This document shows positions 1-11,086 of a stretch of DNA of 64,000 nt, one piece after another. This DNA comes from an uncultured Planctomycetaceae bacterium (GTDB lineage: Bacteria; Planctomycetota; Planctomycetia; Isosphaerales; Isosphaeraceae). How positions within the stretch are numbered: position 1 is the stretch's first letter; each line of letters begins with the position of its first letter. The position numbers and the translations under genes are program-made. The notes under the pieces are model-generated. The model saw nothing but the letters and a program-made list of their open reading frames with translations, made no database searches and was not told the DNA's origin. The DNA is taken from positions 448,001 to 512,000 of the forward strand of contig CAWIAD010000002.1 in NCBI GenBank assembly GCA_963833985.1, in the 5' to 3' direction.

Positions 1-90
1 CTCCAGCAGCGCAGTGGCCAGGTTGCGCAGGAGCATCCGGCGATGTTCCGGGGATCGTTTGAATTTTCGGCCGGCTTTCTGGTGACGCAT
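1..90 (-). CDS. rplQ: 50S ribosomal protein L17 (5' part, runs off window)
   Basis: Manual translation MRHQKAGRKFKRSPEHRRMLLRNLATALLE; position downstream of rpoA. Confidence 0.95.
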   Translation of the reverse strand, partial: MRHQKAGRKFKRSPEHRRMLLRNLATALLE

Positions 91-168
91 GATTTTTCTT
101 GGTTAGTGGCCGGTGGCCGGTGAGGAAATCGTGTCAGTGGCCAGCGAACAAGCAGAGGCCACGCCGGC

Positions 169-1164
169 TCATCCCTTGGTCGGCACGCTCATGCCCAGAT
201 CGAGCCCGATCTCGTGCAGCTTGGCACGCACTTCCTTGAGCGTGGTCTCGCCAAAGTTGCGGACGTTCAGGAGCTGCTCCTCCGATCGGCTGACCAGGTG
301 CCGGACGGTGGTGATCCCCTCGCTCTCCAGGCAGTTCGTGGCCCGCACGGAGAGTTCCAGCTCGGCAAGGCTCATGTCGAGCTTCCGCTCCAGCTCGGCG
401 TCCAGGGGCGCATGCTGATGGCCATCGTAAGGACTGGCCTCGGTGGAGAGGCCCGGTCCCGGTTCATTGTACTGAACGAATGGATTGAGGTGCTTGCGGA
501 GGATCTTGGCGGCCTCCACCAGCGCCATTTCGGGGCTCAGGACACCCGTCGTCCAGATCCGCAGGAGCAGCTTGTCGTAGTTGGTCCGCTGGCCGACGCG
601 GGTATTCATGACGTGATACTCGACGCGCTGCACCGGGCTGAAGCTGGCGTCGATGGGAATCACCCCGATCTCGAGATCGTCGGTGTGCCCCTCCGCGGCC
701 GTACGGTAACCGCGGCCATTCTCGATGGTCATCTCGAGGTGGAACGGCACGTCGTCGGTCAGGGTGCAAAGAATATGGTCGGTGTTAATAATCTCGACCG
801 ACTCGTCGTGCGAGATGTCAGCGGCCGTGACCACGCCCCGGTGGTCGCGATCGATGCGGACGGTCCGAGGATGCTCGGAATGGTTCTTGACCACCAGGAG
901 CTTCACGTTGAGCACCAGGTCGGTGATGTCGTCGACCATGCCGGGAATCGACGAGAACTCGTGCTGCACGCCCTGGATCTTGATCTTGGTGATCGCACTG
1001 CCTTCCAGGCTGGAGAGCAAGATCCGCCTCAGGCTGTTGCCCACGGTGTGGCCGAAGCCGCGTTCGAAGGGCTCGACGTGGAACTCGCCGAAGGTGTCGG
1101 TCAAGGTCTCGCGGTCGCAGATCACCCGGCTGGGCAGTTCGAGGCCACGCCATCGAATACGCAT
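169..1164 (-). CDS. rpoA: RNA polymerase alpha subunit
   Basis: [22 protein letters not shown] motif; alpha-[14 protein letters not shown]...NFGETTL. Confidence 0.99.
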   Translation of the reverse strand: MRIRWRGLELPSRVICDRETLTDTFGEFHVEPFERGFGHTVGNSLRRILLSSLEGSAITKIKIQGVQHEFSSIPGMVDDITDLVLNVKLLVVKNHSEHPRTVRIDRDHRGVVTAADISHDESVEIINTDHILCTLTDDVPFHLEMTIENGRGYRTAAEGHTDDLEIGVIPIDASFSPVQRVEYHVMNTRVGQRTNYDKLLLRIWTTGVLSPEMALVEAAKILRKHLNPFVQYNEPGPGLSTEASPYDGHQHAPLDAELERKLDMSLAELELSVRATNCLESEGITTVRHLVSRSEEQLLNVRNFGETTLKEVRAKLHEIGLDLGMSVPTKG

Positions 1165-1205
1165 CGCGGTTTCCCCCCAAGTAAGCGCTCAGACGAACCC
1201 CGGAA

Positions 1206-1832
1206 TCAGCGGCTCAACAGCTCGATGATGAGCTGCGGCGTCACGGGGAGCGAAATATCCAGTGTCGACGGCATCCGGGTGACGCGACCCTCGGGGGGAT
1301 CGACGCTCGACCGGTCGAGCCAGTCGGGGACCGGCGGCGCGCCCTCGGCCAGATTACTGGCCACCAGCCTGCGCGAATGCTCGCGGTTCTTGACCTGGAC
1401 CTGGTCGCCGGGCCGGACGAGATAACTGGGAATATCGAGCTTGCGGCCGTTGATCAGGATGTGGCCGTGGCGGATGAGCTGCCGGGCCTGCGGCCGGCTG
1501 GAGGCGAAGCCCAATCGCGTCACGACGTTGTCCAGCCGCCGCTCCAGGAGCGACATCAACGCATCTCCCGTGTTCCCCGTGCGCCGGTTGGCCTCGGCGT
1601 AATACTTCCGGAACTGACGCTCGAAGATGCCGTAATAGCGTTTGACCTTCTGCTTCTCGCGCAGCCGGATGGCATATTCGCTGGCCTTGCCGCGGCGAAA
1701 CTGATGCATGCCGGGCATCCCTTCGCGGCGGTCGACAGCGCACTTGGGCGTGTCGCACCGCGTTCCCTTCAGGAACAGCTTGGTTCCCTCGCGTCGGCAG
1801 AGCCGGCAAACCGGTCCAGTATGACGTCCCAT
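1206..1832 (-). CDS. rpsD: 30S ribosomal protein S4
   Basis: CRLCRREG, LREKQKVK, LERRLDNVV motifs. Confidence 0.99.
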   Translation of the reverse strand: MGRHTGPVCRLCRREGTKLFLKGTRCDTPKCAVDRREGMPGMHQFRRGKASEYAIRLREKQKVKRYYGIFERQFRKYYAEANRRTGNTGDALMSLLERRLDNVVTRLGFASSRPQARQLIRHGHILINGRKLDIPSYLVRPGDQVQVKNREHSRRLVASNLAEGAPPVPDWLDRSSVDPPEGRVTRMPSTLDISLPVTPQLIIELLSR

Positions 1833-1932
1833 GGTGAATCAGGATTCCTTGGTCGTATCGGGTTCTTGAATGTTTGCGGAGGCGTTCGCGGCAGTGCACT
1901 TCAAACGACGGGCAATCGGCTTGCCATATCGT

Positions 1933-2313
1933 TCAAACCCGCCGCTTCTTGGGCGGCCGGCAGCCATTGTGCGGCAGCGGTGTGACGTCCTCGATGGCCT
2001 TGATCGAAAGGCCGGAGGCCTGGATGGCCGTGATCGCGCTCTCGCGACCCGAGCCTGGCCCCTTCACCTTGACCTCGACTTCCTTGACGCCGTACTTGGT
2101 TGCGGTGGCGGCAGCCGTCTCGGCGGTGCGCTGGGCGGCAAACGGCGTGCTCTTGCGGCTTCCCTTGAAGCCCACTGTCCCGGATGAGGCCCAGCAGAGG
2201 GCATCGCCGTTGGGATCGGTGATCGTCACCGTCGTGTTGTTGAACGTCGCCTTGATGTGCACGACCGCCCGGCTGACGTTGCGTCGTGTCTTCCGCTTCT
2301 TGGCCTTGGCCAC
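1933..2313 (-). CDS. rpsK: 30S ribosomal protein S11
   Basis: [37 protein letters not shown]. Confidence 0.99.
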   Translation of the reverse strand: MAKAKKRKTRRNVSRAVVHIKATFNNTTVTITDPNGDALCWASSGTVGFKGSRKSTPFAAQRTAETAAATATKYGVKEVEVKVKGPGSGRESAITAIQASGLSIKAIEDVTPLPHNGCRPPKKRRV

Positions 2314-2535
2314 GGATCCAGTGCTCCTCGATCAATCGGGTCGAATCAACGCTTGGCTTGTTCCTGGAAAGCTTCCCGGCCACGCGAGCTCCACTCGCTT
2401 GTGTGGCGGACGGCCCGGACGGCTCAGGCCGGGGCCAGATCACCTCATGACGCCCCGGAGAGCACCGCAAGACCGCGAACAGCCCCGGGCCAACAACCGC
2501 GGCCGCGTCGCGTCAGGACGCGACGCGCACCGGTA

Positions 2536-2919
2536 CTAGCGCAGCTCCTTGACGCCCTTCTTTCCGGCCACGGTCTTCCGTGGGCCCTTCCGCGTGCGGG
2601 CGTTGGTGCGGGTGCGCTGGCCCCGGACCGGCAGTCCCTTGCGGTGCCGCAGACCGCGGTAGCAGCCGATGTCGCGCAGCCGGGCGATGTTTTGCTGCAC
2701 CTGGCGTCGCAGCTGGCCTTCGACCACGTATTCGTTGTCGAGCAACGAGGCAAGCTTGGCCAGGTCGTCCTCCGTGAGGTCGCGTGCCCGCTTGTCCGGA
2801 TCGATGCCGGCGCGCTCGCAGAGCTGCTCGGACAGGAACGGGCCAATGCCGTAAATGTAGCGCAGCGAGATCACCGCGCGCTTATCGTTGGGTATATCCA
2901 CACCGAGAATACGAGGCAT
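2536..2919 (-). CDS. rpsM: 30S ribosomal protein S13
   Basis: [32 protein letters not shown]. Confidence 0.99.
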   Translation of the reverse strand: MPRILGVDIPNDKRAVISLRYIYGIGPFLSEQLCERAGIDPDKRARDLTEDDLAKLASLLDNEYVVEGQLRRQVQQNIARLRDIGCYRGLRHRKGLPVRGQRTRTNARTRKGPRKTVAGKKGVKELR

Positions 2920-3030
2920 CCGTTTTGAATCTCCGTCGCTCGCTCGCCTGGCGGTTCTCTGAAAATGCGAGGAGCCGCCATGCGGGCCTGGCAGCTCATG
3001 GATCAGGCACTCTCGAGCCCGTCGAGAGGA

Positions 3031-3144
3031 TCAGCCCTGTCTTTGTTTGTGCCGCGGGTTGGTGCAAATCACATAGAGCTTCCCTGCCCTGCGCACGATC
3101 TTGCAGTTCTCGCACATCCGCTTTACGCTCGAACGTACTTTCAT
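3031..3144 (-). CDS. rpmJ: 50S ribosomal protein L36 (not in ORF track)
   Basis: Manual translation [37 protein letters not shown]. Confidence 0.97.
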   Translation of the reverse strand: MKVRSSVKRMCENCKIVRRAGKLYVICTNPRHKQRQG

Positions 3145-3486
3145 AACAAAACCTTCTTCAAATCATCGGCCAGCACCAGGGAATCTTGCCTGGCAGTGCC
3201 AGGACTCGTGGACCGGCATGAGCAGGAGGCTTCCCGACCACAACCAGTGGGGCGGGCCGACCGGCATGCCTTGTCGATACCCGGGTTCTTGAGGATCGAC
3301 TCGGATTCCAGTGCGCCTCCGGCACGGGGCCGAAGAAACCAGCTTTGGAGGGGTGCTGACGCGTCGCCACATCCCGAGCCGAATTCAACTAATATACCGA
3401 GGCGGCCAGGCATCCGCAAGAGCTCACCCGCGCTCGCGTCGGGTTTTTCAGGACCCCCGCCGTGAGTCGACTGCGCCCGGGGAAGA

Positions 3487-4404
3487 TCAGGGGGCCGCCG
3501 AGCCGGAATCCGGGACGGCCTCGTCGTCCTCGAGGTACGTCAGCACGCGAGGGCCCTCGGGGGTCATGGCGACGGTGTGCTCGAAGTGAGCGCTGGGCCG
3601 CCGGTCCCTGGTCTCCACGGTCCAGCCATCGTCGAGCGTACGGACGTCCTTGGTGCCCATGGCGACCATCGGCTCGATCGCCAGAACAAGCCCGGGCTCG
3701 AGGCGGATATCGTGTTGCAGCAGAGCCTTGTTGACGAAGTTCGGCACCTGCGGCTCTTCGTGCATCTCCTGGCCGATGCCGTGGCCGACGAACTTCTCGA
3801 CCACGTAAAAACCCTGGCTCTTGATATACCGCTCCATCAGGCCGGCGACCTCCGACCAGTAGCGGCAGCGTGCCAGGGCCCGGATGGCCAGGTCGAGCGA
3901 TTCCGCGGTCACGCGGAGGAGTTTCTGAACTTCGGGAGCGATCTCGCCGATGGCCAGCGTCACGGCCGAGTCGCCGCACCAGCCATTGACCTTGCAGCCG
4001 GTGTCGATCGAGACGATATCGCCCTCCTTCAAAGGGCGGCGATTGGGAATGCCGTGAACGACATGGTGGTTCACGCTGGCGCAGATCACCGCCGGAAAGG
4101 CCGGCTTGCCCTTGGTCGTGCTCGGGTAATTCAGAAACAAGGGGAGCGCGTCGTGTTCCTTGAAGACGGCCGCCACGGCGTCTTCCATGTCGGCGGTCGT
4201 GGCACCCGGTACGGCGAACTGGCGGGCCCGGTCCAGGGCCTTCGCCACCACGCGGCCCGCCTCCCGCATGAGCCCGATCTCGCGCGGACTTTTAAGCTTC
4301 GGAACGGGCCGGGGACCACCGGGAATGGGGGTTCCCTTGCGACCCAGGCCCGAGAGGAACGCAGGAAAGGACGGCCGGGGGACCATGCCTCGCTGGGACG
4401 ACAC
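3487..4404 (-). CDS. map: Type I methionine aminopeptidase (true start probably further downstream)
   Basis: VVHGIP, GDIVSID, GHGIG..MHEEP, IEPMV, SAHFEHT motifs. Confidence 0.97.
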   Translation of the reverse strand: MSSQRGMVPRPSFPAFLSGLGRKGTPIPGGPRPVPKLKSPREIGLMREAGRVVAKALDRARQFAVPGATTADMEDAVAAVFKEHDALPLFLNYPSTTKGKPAFPAVICASVNHHVVHGIPNRRPLKEGDIVSIDTGCKVNGWCGDSAVTLAIGEIAPEVQKLLRVTAESLDLAIRALARCRYWSEVAGLMERYIKSQGFYVVEKFVGHGIGQEMHEEPQVPNFVNKALLQHDIRLEPGLVLAIEPMVAMGTKDVRTLDDGWTVETRDRRPSAHFEHTVAMTPEGPRVLTYLEDDEAVPDSGSAAP

Positions 4405-4508
4405 GCGCTATAGCTCCTGTTCGATCCTGACCAGCTCCGCCTCAAGTGACGAAGCCATTCTAGCAGAGTGCCAGCCCCGCAGGGCAGCCGGCTCTCCCGC
4501 CGGGCGGC

Positions 4509-5882
4509 TCATTTGCGGTTCACCAGCCCGGGGTAATTCCGCATGACCAGGTGGCTGTCGATCTTCTGGACCAGGTCCAGGCAAACGCTGATCACAATCA
4601 AGAGCCCGGTGCCTCCCAGGAACGACGCCACGGTGAAATCCACGTTGAGGGCGGTCTGGACGAGCGACGGGATCACGGCGACCAGCGCCAGAAAGGCCGC
4701 ACCGACGTAGGTGATGCGAAGCATCACCTTCTCGAGATAGTCAGCCGTGCGCCGGCCCGGCCGGTAGCCGGGTATGAAACTGCCGTAATCCTTCAGGTTC
4801 TCGGCCATGTCCTTGGGGTTGAAGGTGATGGCCGTCCAGAAGTAGCAGAAGAAGTAGATGAGGATAATGTAGCAGACGGTGTAGATGTAGCTCTGGCGCT
4901 GGAACGCGTCGGCGACCTCCTGCATCAAGCCGGCGAACGTCGAGCCCACGGTCCAGTTGTCCGACCGCAGGTTGGCCGTCGCCTTCGCCAGGCCATTGAA
5001 TACGAACGAAGGGAAGATGAGCAGGCTGGAGGCAAAGATGATGGGCATGACGCCGGCCTGGTTCACCTTCAGAGGCAGGTACTGGCGGGTGCCGCCGAAG
5101 ACCCGCCGGCCGCGCACGTGCTTGGCGGACTGGGTGGGGATGCGCCGCTGGCTCTCGGTGATCGCGATCACCCCCACGACCACGGCGATGAACAGGGCCA
5201 GCAGCATGAGGAGGGTGATGATGCCGTACTTGCCCGGCTCGGGCGTCAGCTTGGAGGTCGAGTTCTCCCAGAGCCCCTTCATGGCCACGGGCACCCGCGC
5301 CAGGATGCCCGCCATGATCAGCAGGCTGATCCCGTTGCCGATCCCGAACTCGTCAATCTGCTCGCCCACCCACATCAGGAAGATGGTTCCGGCCGTCATG
5401 ATCGACACGCAGACCAGTCCATGCCAGAAATCGCGATACTGCGGGAGCACCACGTTCATCTGTGGACTCATCATATACTGCACCCAGAACGCGCTCTGGA
5501 TGGCACACAGGCCCACGGTCGCGTAGCGGGTGTATTCATTGATCCGTTTCCGGCCGCTCTCCCCCTCCTTCATCATCGCCTCGAGCGAGGGTACGACGCT
5601 GCCCAGGAGCTGGAAGATGATCGATGCCGAGATGTAGGGCATGATGCCCAGGCCGAAGATCGTGCTCATGCCGATCGACGTGCCGCCGAACATCGCCACC
5701 GTGCCAAACAGCTTACCGGCCGTGTTGGTGCTTTGCTGCTCCTCCCAGTTGCGCAGTTGTGCCTGGTTGACGATCGGCAGGGGTACATAAAAACCGATCC
5801 GGTAGATGGCCAGAAGCGCGGCGGTGAAGAAGATCTTTCTCCGCAGTTCAGGCACCTTGAAGATGGTCAGCAGCTTATCCAC
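4509..5882 (-). CDS. secY: Preprotein translocase SecY
   Basis: LGIMPYISASII, GIGNGISL, AGVMPIIFASS, IPGYRPG, LGGTGLLI. Confidence 0.99.
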   Translation of the reverse strand: MDKLLTIFKVPELRRKIFFTAALLAIYRIGFYVPLPIVNQAQLRNWEEQQSTNTAGKLFGTVAMFGGTSIGMSTIFGLGIMPYISASIIFQLLGSVVPSLEAMMKEGESGRKRINEYTRYATVGLCAIQSAFWVQYMMSPQMNVVLPQYRDFWHGLVCVSIMTAGTIFLMWVGEQIDEFGIGNGISLLIMAGILARVPVAMKGLWENSTSKLTPEPGKYGIITLLMLLALFIAVVVGVIAITESQRRIPTQSAKHVRGRRVFGGTRQYLPLKVNQAGVMPIIFASSLLIFPSFVFNGLAKATANLRSDNWTVGSTFAGLMQEVADAFQRQSYIYTVCYIILIYFFCYFWTAITFNPKDMAENLKDYGSFIPGYRPGRRTADYLEKVMLRITYVGAAFLALVAVIPSLVQTALNVDFTVASFLGGTGLLIVISVCLDLVQKIDSHLVMRNYPGLVNRK

Positions 5883-6020
5883 GGGCGACTGCCTCCGCTT
5901 GCAATCTCGACCGGACCGGAATCATGCTTTCGACAGCTCTACATTCCATAGGACGCCTGGCGCGGCTCAATCGCCCGGGAACCTCTGCGGCCGCTCTCCC
6001 GGCGGATTGGACCTCCGGGT

Positions 6021-6503
6021 TCAGGCCTCCGCACCGCGCTGCCGCCGGCTGTAGGCAACAAGGGCGTACTGGCCGCCGGCCGCGGCGATCTTCGCGATGG
6101 CCGACTGGCTGAACCGGGTGGCGCGGACGTCCAGCGGCTTGCTGACCGCACCGTCGCCAAGGATCTTGATGCCGTCGAAATTGTGTCCCTTCACCAGCCC
6201 CCGGGCGCGCAGGGCCGGTTCGTCGACGACGGCCCCGGGCTCGAAATGGGCGTCCAGATCGCTCAGGTTGACGATCGCGTACTCCTTCTTGAAGGCTCCG
6301 TTGAAGAAGCCTCGCTTGGGCACGCGGCGGGCCAGCGGCATCTGACCGCCCTCGAAGATCGGGTTCAGCTTGAACCCTTGCCGCGAGGCATGCCCCTTGT
6401 GGCCCTTGCTCGAGGTCTTGCCATGGCCCGAGCCGACTCCCCGTCCCACCCGCTTGCGCAGCTTGCGGCGGTGGACGGCCTTGTGCACGTCATGCAGTTG
6501 CAT
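6021..6503 (-). CDS. rplO: 50S ribosomal protein L15
   Basis: RVGRGVGSGHGKTS, FEGGQMPL; start taken at MQLHDVH overlapping the rpsE stop. Confidence 0.97.
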   Translation of the reverse strand: MQLHDVHKAVHRRKLRKRVGRGVGSGHGKTSSKGHKGHASRQGFKLNPIFEGGQMPLARRVPKRGFFNGAFKKEYAIVNLSDLDAHFEPGAVVDEPALRARGLVKGHNFDGIKILGDGAVSKPLDVRATRFSQSAIAKIAAAGGQYALVAYSRRQRGAEA

Positions 6504-7006
6504 CAGAGGGCCACTCCTCGAAGGCGAGCGATCTCTTCCTTCGTTCGCAGTTGCGTCAGGGCGTTGATCGCCGCCTTGACGAGGTTGAGCTTGTTGTTGG
6601 AGCCGAAGCTCTTGGTGAGGACGTCCTTGATGCCCGCGGCCTCGACCACGGCACGCACGGCGCCCCCGGCGATCACGCCGGTTCCCGGCACGGCCGGCAT
6701 GAGCAGCACCCGTGCCGCCCCGAACTTGCCGATGACCGCGTGCGGGATGGTCCCACCCTTGAGCTGCACCCGGTTCATCTGCTTGTGGGCATCCTTGACG
6801 CCCTTCTCGACGGCCGGAGGCACCTCGTTCGCCTTGCCGTACCCCCAGGCCACCTGGCCGCGGCCGTTGCCGACGACCACCAGGGCGTTGAAGCTGAACC
6901 GCCGCCCACCCTTGACCACGGCCGCGCAGCGACGGATCGAGACGACGCTCTCGGCCCACTCCCCACGGTCGCGATCGCGTTCTCGCGTCTCGATAGCCAC
7001 AGACAA
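6503..7006 (-). CDS. rpsE: 30S ribosomal protein S5
   Basis: [25 protein letters not shown]. Confidence 0.98.
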   Translation of the reverse strand: MSVAIETRERDRDRGEWAESVVSIRRCAAVVKGGRRFSFNALVVVGNGRGQVAWGYGKANEVPPAVEKGVKDAHKQMNRVQLKGGTIPHAVIGKFGAARVLLMPAVPGTGVIAGGAVRAVVEAAGIKDVLTKSFGSNNKLNLVKAAINALTQLRTKEEIARLRGVAL

Positions 7007-7027
7007 TCTCCTGCGATGAGAAACGGA

Positions 7028-7405
7028 TCAAAACTTCAAGCCGGCCTCGCGAGCCGCCTGGGCGAGCGCTTCCACCCGGCCGTGGTACTTGTAGCTTCTG
7101 CGGTCGAAGCAGATCTTGTCAATGCCGGCCGCCCTGGCTCGTTCGGCGACCACCCGGCCGACGATGGCGGCCGCGGCCTTGTTGCCACCGTATTTCACCT
7201 CGGCCTTGATGGTCGGGTCCATGGTGCTGGCCGAGGCCAGCGTCGTGGCCGTCTGATCGTTGACCACCTGAGCGTAAATATGCTTGGAGCTCCGGAAAAC
7301 GGCCAGCCGCGGGCGCTCCGGCGTTCCCATGAGCCGCTTCCGAACCCGGTGCTGGCGCCTCCGGCGGCGGGTCTGGACCAGCAGATGATGATTGGCGGTA
7401 TCCAC
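7028..7405 (-). CDS. rplR: 50S ribosomal protein L18
   Basis: [28 protein letters not shown]. Confidence 0.98.
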   Translation of the reverse strand: MDTANHHLLVQTRRRRRQHRVRKRLMGTPERPRLAVFRSSKHIYAQVVNDQTATTLASASTMDPTIKAEVKYGGNKAAAAIVGRVVAERARAAGIDKICFDRRSYKYHGRVEALAQAAREAGLKF

Positions 7406-7486
7406 GGGACTGTCCTCACGGTTCGGGATGAATCTCTGCGATCAGCGGCCGCCACGGACTGCCCGGGCCAGCGGCCGCCTGGGCGA

Positions 7487-8038
7487 CTACTTCGACCCGA
7501 AGGCCTTGCCGGCCTTGCGGCGGACGGCCTCGCCCTCGTAGCGGATGCCCTTGCCCTTGTACGGCTCGGGGGGCCGGACCTTGCGCACCTCCGCGGCGAA
7601 CTGGCCCACGGCCTGCTTGTCGGCCCCGGTGATGGTGATGTGGGTCGCGTCGGGAACGGTCACGGTGACACCGGCCGGCGATTCCAGAACCACCTGGTTG
7701 GCATAGCCGACCTGGAGGGCCAGGGTGTTGGCCTTCTTGAGCTGGGCCTGGTAGCCGACGCCGACGATCTCCAGCTTGCGGGTATAACCGGTCGAGACGC
7801 CCTGCACCATGTTGGCCACCAGGCTGCGGGTCAGCCCGTGCAGCGCGCGGCTGAGCCGCTCGTCATCGCGCCGGACCACCTCCAGAAGCCGCTTCGAGTC
7901 GTCATACTTGAGCGTGATCTCGGGCCGGTGCGAGAAGCTGAGCGTTCCCTTGGGTCCCTCGACCTGAATCGTCTGCTCGACGATCGCGACCTTCACGTTG
8001 GCCGGCACTGGAACCGGCTTGCGTCCGATTCGCGACAT
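7487..8038 (-). CDS. rplF: 50S ribosomal protein L6
   Basis: MSRIGRKP, RPPEPYKGKGIRY. Confidence 0.99.
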   Translation of the reverse strand: MSRIGRKPVPVPANVKVAIVEQTIQVEGPKGTLSFSHRPEITLKYDDSKRLLEVVRRDDERLSRALHGLTRSLVANMVQGVSTGYTRKLEIVGVGYQAQLKKANTLALQVGYANQVVLESPAGVTVTVPDATHITITGADKQAVGQFAAEVRKVRPPEPYKGKGIRYEGEAVRRKAGKAFGSK

Positions 8039-8118
8039 GGGTTGATCGTCCTCTTGGAGTTCTCAGGAGACCGCCGGGCGGAGCCGGAAACGGGGACCGC
8101 CACGGCTGCCTGGTTGGT

Positions 8119-8520
8119 TCAGTAGATCATCGCCAGCACTTCGCCGCCAATCTTCTCGACGCGGGCCCGGCGGTCGCTCACGATTCCCTGGGGAGTGCTC
8201 AGGATCTGGATGCCCATGCCGCCCAGGATCGGTTTGAGCTCCTTGTAGCCGCGATAGATTCTCCGTCCGGGCTTGCTGATCCGATCGATGCGAGTGATCA
8301 GCCGTTCGCCGTTGGGGCCGTACTTCATATGCAGTCGCAACGTGCGGGCGGGCGTCGTCTCGATTTCCTCGAAATCCCAGACGTAGCCCTCGTCCTTGAG
8401 AACCTGGGCGATGCCGCGCCGCATCTTCGACGTCGGCATGTCCAGGTAGGTGCGCTCGATCCGGACGGCATTGCGGATCCGGGTGAGCATGTCGGCAATC
8501 GGGTCAGTCATCATGGGCAA
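8119..8520 (-). CDS. rpsH: 30S ribosomal protein S8
   Basis: DPIADMLTRIRNA, SKPGRRIY, ILSTPQG. Confidence 0.99.
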   Translation of the reverse strand: MPMMTDPIADMLTRIRNAVRIERTYLDMPTSKMRRGIAQVLKDEGYVWDFEEIETTPARTLRLHMKYGPNGERLITRIDRISKPGRRIYRGYKELKPILGGMGIQILSTPQGIVSDRRARVEKIGGEVLAMIY

Positions 8521-8657
8521 GAAGCCTTCCTGAACCGTCGCGGGTCACGTGCGTCCCGAGCAAGGGAGCCGGCAGGGCGCCAGGTCGGCACGTCGGGGCG
8601 GCGGGGGAACTCGGGCAATCGGGGATCCTGTTTCATCGGGCTGGGCCTGCCAGCGGT

Positions 8658-8843
8658 CTACCAGCTCGCCTTCTTCACACCCGGGATCAGGCCGCGGAGG
8701 GCCAGTCCCCGGAAGCAGATCCGGCAGATTCCGAACTTACGATAGAAACCACGGGGACGCCCGCAGAGCCGGCAGCGGTTGCGGTGCTGCACGGCGAACT
8801 TGCGGGGCGTCTCGGACTTGATCTTCTGTGCTTTCGTCGACAT
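8658..8843 (-). CDS. rpsN: 30S ribosomal protein S14 (Zn-binding type Z)
   Basis: 61 aa; RCRLCGR...[15 protein letters not shown]. Confidence 0.98.
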   Translation of the reverse strand: MSTKAQKIKSETPRKFAVQHRNRCRLCGRPRGFYRKFGICRICFRGLALRGLIPGVKKASW

Positions 8844-8912
8844 CTTACTTCCTCTCGCCGGTCACGGCGGACGCCAGGAGTGCCCTGACTGGAACCATTC
8901 CGGTGCGTCGGA

Positions 8913-9500
8913 TCACGACTTGCCCGCCGGAGCCCCCTTGCCACCGGCCGTCGGCGATCGGAACGGCAGGCCGAAGAAGCGGAGCAGCTCCCGGGCCTGC
9001 TCGTCGTTCTTCGCGGTGGTGACGATGGTGATGTCCATACCCTGGGTGTGCTGGAGCTTGTCGGCGTCGATCTCGGGGAAGACGACCTGCTCGGCCAGGC
9101 CAAGGCTGTAGTTGCCGTGACCGTCGAAGCTATTGGGGTTGACGCCGCGGAAGTCCCGGATACGCGGCAGGGCAATCGAGATCAGACGGTCGAGGAACTC
9201 GTACATGCGCTGGCCGCGGAGCGTGACCTTGCACCCGATGTCGTTGCCCTCGCGCAGCCGGAACCCGGAGACGGAGGTCTTGGCCTTCGTGATCAGCGGC
9301 TTCTGGCCGCTGATCTTCCCCAGGCTGTCGGCCGCCACATCGAGCTGAGCCTTGTCCTGGGTCGCCCGGCCCACGCCCATGTTGATGACGATCTTGGCGA
9401 TCTTGGGGATCGCCATCGGGTTGTCAAGGTTGTACTTGGCGGCCATCGCCGTGGCGATGTCCTTCTTGTAGAGATCGAGCAGGCGAGCCATTGCCGTCAT
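8913..9500 (-). CDS. rplE: 50S ribosomal protein L5
   Basis: [25 protein letters not shown]. Confidence 0.99.
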   Translation of the reverse strand: MTAMARLLDLYKKDIATAMAAKYNLDNPMAIPKIAKIVINMGVGRATQDKAQLDVAADSLGKISGQKPLITKAKTSVSGFRLREGNDIGCKVTLRGQRMYEFLDRLISIALPRIRDFRGVNPNSFDGHGNYSLGLAEQVVFPEIDADKLQHTQGMDITIVTTAKNDEQARELLRFFGLPFRSPTAGGKGAPAGKS

Positions 9501-9580
9501 CCTTCATTCCGCCGCGTGTCAGACCCCGCCGCGCCGTCTTGCCGGCCGCGCCGGCGATTCTGGATCCGGGTCAACCTTGG

Positions 9581-9958
9581 TTACGCGTTTTTCTGGGCCG
9601 AGGCCGCATGGGCCGCTTTGCGCGGACCGATGTTACCCAGGCCGTTGCCGCACGACTTGCAGTACCGCTGTTTCTGGCCGTCGTCGGTGAAGCGGTGACC
9701 GACGCGGACGCCCCGGTTGCACTTGGGGCAAACCAGCATCACGTTGGAGACGTCGATCGGCATCTCCTTGGACAGCCGCCCGCCCTGGGGGTTCTTGTTG
9801 CTGGGCCGCATGTGCTTGTACACGCGGTTCACGCCCTCGACGACAATCTTGTTGCGCGCGGGCAGCACCCGCAGCACCTTGGCGAACCGGCGCTGCGTGG
9901 GCGTCCCGCGATCGTCGCCGGCGATCACCTCCACCTGGTCGTCTCTGCGGATAATCAT
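9581..9958 (-). CDS. rplX: 50S ribosomal protein L24
   Basis: DQVEVIAGDD, VVEGVN, EMPIDVSNV. Confidence 0.97.
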   Translation of the reverse strand: MIIRRDDQVEVIAGDDRGTPTQRRFAKVLRVLPARNKIVVEGVNRVYKHMRPSNKNPQGGRLSKEMPIDVSNVMLVCPKCNRGVRVGHRFTDDGQKQRYCKSCGNGLGNIGPRKAAHAASAQKNA

Positions 9959-9987
9959 AGATCGGCTCTCTTCACGGATACCGGCCG

Positions 9988-10368
9988 TCAGACAACCTCG
10001 GCCGCGAGGCTGATGATCTTCATGAACTGGCGGTCGCGCAGCTCCCGGGCGATCGCCCCGAAGATGCGGGTGCCGCGGGGATTCTTCTCGGCGTCGATCA
10101 GCACCACGGCGTTGCGGTCGAACTTGACGTACGAGCCGTCGGTCCTCCGGGTCTGGTTGCGGGTGCGGACGATGACGCAGCGGACCACGTCGCCGGCCTT
10201 GACGTCGCCTCCGGAGGAGGCCTTCTTGACGCTGGCGATGATGGTGTCACCAAGGCCCGCGGTGCGCCGCTTGTAAAGCGAGGCGCTGCCGCCAAGCACC
10301 TTGATGCACATCACCTCCTTGGCGCCGGTGTTATCGGCCACGTCAAGCCGGGTTTGCATCTGGATCAT
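9988..10368 (-). CDS. rplN: 50S ribosomal protein L14
   Basis: [21 protein letters not shown]. Confidence 0.99.
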   Translation of the reverse strand: MIQMQTRLDVADNTGAKEVMCIKVLGGSASLYKRRTAGLGDTIIASVKKASSGGDVKAGDVVRCVIVRTRNQTRRTDGSYVKFDRNAVVLIDAEKNPRGTRIFGAIARELRDRQFMKIISLAAEVV

Positions 10369-10428
10369 GGAACGAAACCTTCAGAGATTCGGAATGCAGA
10401 GTGCGGAATCGGAACGCCAGGAGACGGT

Positions 10429-10761
10429 TCAGGCCGGCACGCCCCCCTCGTCCTCGCCGGCCAGGGCCTGCTGGGCGCCCTTGCGGACGATGCGGATCAG
10501 CCGCCACCGTTTCAGCTTGGAGATCGGCCGGGTCTCCATGATCTCGACCAGATCGCCCAGGTGCGACTCATTGGCCTCGTCATGCACGTGGCAGACGGTC
10601 CGCCGGCGCATCAGCTTGCCGTACTTCGGGTGCGGCACCAGCCGCTCCACCACGACGCGCCGCGTCTTGTTCATCTTGTCTGACGTGACCGTACCGATTT
10701 CCGTCTTGCGGCGGGACCGTAGGGACGTCGCTTCTGTGCTGACTGTACTTTCAGGGCTCAT
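10429..10761 (-). CDS. rpsQ: 30S ribosomal protein S17
   Basis: GTVTSDKMNKT, HPKYGK, ETRPISKLKRW. Confidence 0.98.
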   Translation of the reverse strand: MSPESTVSTEATSLRSRRKTEIGTVTSDKMNKTRRVVVERLVPHPKYGKLMRRRTVCHVHDEANESHLGDLVEIMETRPISKLKRWRLIRIVRKGAQQALAGEDEGGVPA

Positions 10762-10825
10762 GGAACTGGCTCACCACCAGGCTGAATCGTTCAAAAGTCT
10801 CAGGGTACCGATGCGCGACACCCGG

Positions 10826-11053
10826 TCACGGGGCAACGGGCGCCGCGACGGCCTCTTGCCGCTCGATCTCACGGAGCCGGAGGATCGTCTTGATCCGGGC
10901 GATCTCACGCTTGGCCTTGACGATCTCGCTGGGCGCTTCGAGCCGCTCGGTTTCGCTTTGCAGCCGGAGCCGGAACAGGTTGTTCTGGACGTCCTTGAGC
11001 AGCAGCTCCAGTTGCTCGTCGGTCTGGTCTCGAAGTTCGGCGGGCTTGCTCAT
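10826..11053 (-). CDS. rpmC: 50S ribosomal protein L29
   Basis: LFRLRLQ, KREIARIKTIL; start at MSKPAELR. Confidence 0.95.
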   Translation of the reverse strand: MSKPAELRDQTDEQLELLLKDVQNNLFRLRLQSETERLEAPSEIVKAKREIARIKTILRLREIERQEAVAAPVAP

Positions 11054-11086
11054 TGCAGCGTGTCTCCTGGCGCGGGGCCTCGTCAT

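Noticed and set aside
8080..8100. Similarity of the rpsH-rplF spacer to the 61320/62018 repeat (reverse strand)
   Set aside because: Single ~20-bp imperfect match in GC-rich DNA; could be chance
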